Part shown: positions 63,623 through 64,000 of the stretch, piece by piece
Layout: each line of letters begins with the position of its first letter
How positions within the stretch are numbered: the stretch's first letter is position 1
NCBI GenBank assembly: GCA_963775895.1
Contig: CAVZKL010000020.1
Span: forward strand, 1-64,000
Direction: 5' to 3'
DNA: 64,000 nucleotides
From: Candidatus Bathyarchaeota archaeon
GTDB lineage: Archaea > Thermoproteota > Bathyarchaeia > Bathyarchaeales > Bathycorpusculaceae
Notes under the pieces: model-generated
Databases searched by the model: none
What the model was told of the DNA's origin: nothing
Seen by the model: only the letters and a program-made list of their open reading frames with translations
Position numbers and translations under genes: made by a program

Positions 63623-64000
63623 TATTCTTCCAACCCTCCTCCGGTTAGCTCTACGAAGGCATCTTCCAATGTAGGTTCTTCATGTCTCAGATTGATTAGC
63701 CTGATTTTTTCCTTTAGGAAAAACTTGAGGACCATGGATAGCGAGTCCATGTTTTGGAGATGAAGGCTAAACTGTCTTTGGCCGAGAATGGAGTCTTCCA
63801 CTTCGCTAGTTATGTCGATCAGGCCTTCAATGGTTTTTATGGTTTCCACTTGGGCATCCGTGATGGACATGACTCTTATTTCCACCACTTCACCCTTCTT
63901 CACTATGCCTTTGATAGCGTCTGGCGTGTCGCAAGCGACGAGTTTTCCCTTATTTAGAATGCCGATCCTATTGCAGATTTGAGACGCTTCTTCAACATAA
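63622..64000 (-). CDS. ABC-2 ATP-binding protein, 3' part (runs off window)
   Basis: EEASQICNRIGILNKGKLVACDTP..EPTLEDAFVELTG. Confidence 0.85.
   Translation of the reverse strand, partial: YVEEASQICNRIGILNKGKLVACDTPDAIKGIVKKGEVVEIRVMSITDAQVETIKTIEGLIDITSEVEDSILGQRQFSLHLQNMDSLSMVLKFFLKEKIRLINLRHEEPTLEDAFVELTGGGLEE

Noticed and set aside
1-64000. CRISPR array, rRNA, intact transposase
   Set aside because: I saw no regularly spaced repeat-spacer units, rRNA-like sequence or transposase motifs.

Overview
Archaeal chromosomal window, most consistent with a Bathyarchaeia-like genome. This is inferred from fibrillarin/Nop5, Trm1, archaeal MetRS/IleRS, cohesin/dockerin/NosD surface proteins and a YDLRH-type integrase. 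Housekeeping blocks (metG, hom, trm1-NTPase-rnhB-HTH-flpA-nop5, pyrD-pyrK, mtnP-apt, ileS, tRNA-Ala) alternate with AT-richer accessory patches of small, often secreted or Zn-binding genes. Many genes, including essential ones, are split by single-base indels that look like sequencing errors. Main signals not explained by gene annotation: (1) strongly over-represented (CG)n palindromes (core TAGCGCGCGCTA) at the boundaries of most accessory genes, with longer direct or inverted repeats bracketing some genes like cassettes; (2) a ~3.9-kb island in tRNA-Ala(CGC) with an SSV1-style split, now-decayed integrase, carrying HEPN, membrane and Schlafen/AlbA_2 genes; (3) a cluster of HTH-less Lrp/AsnC modules with Cys-rich partners; (4) unannotated microproteins and a C/D-box-like RNA.
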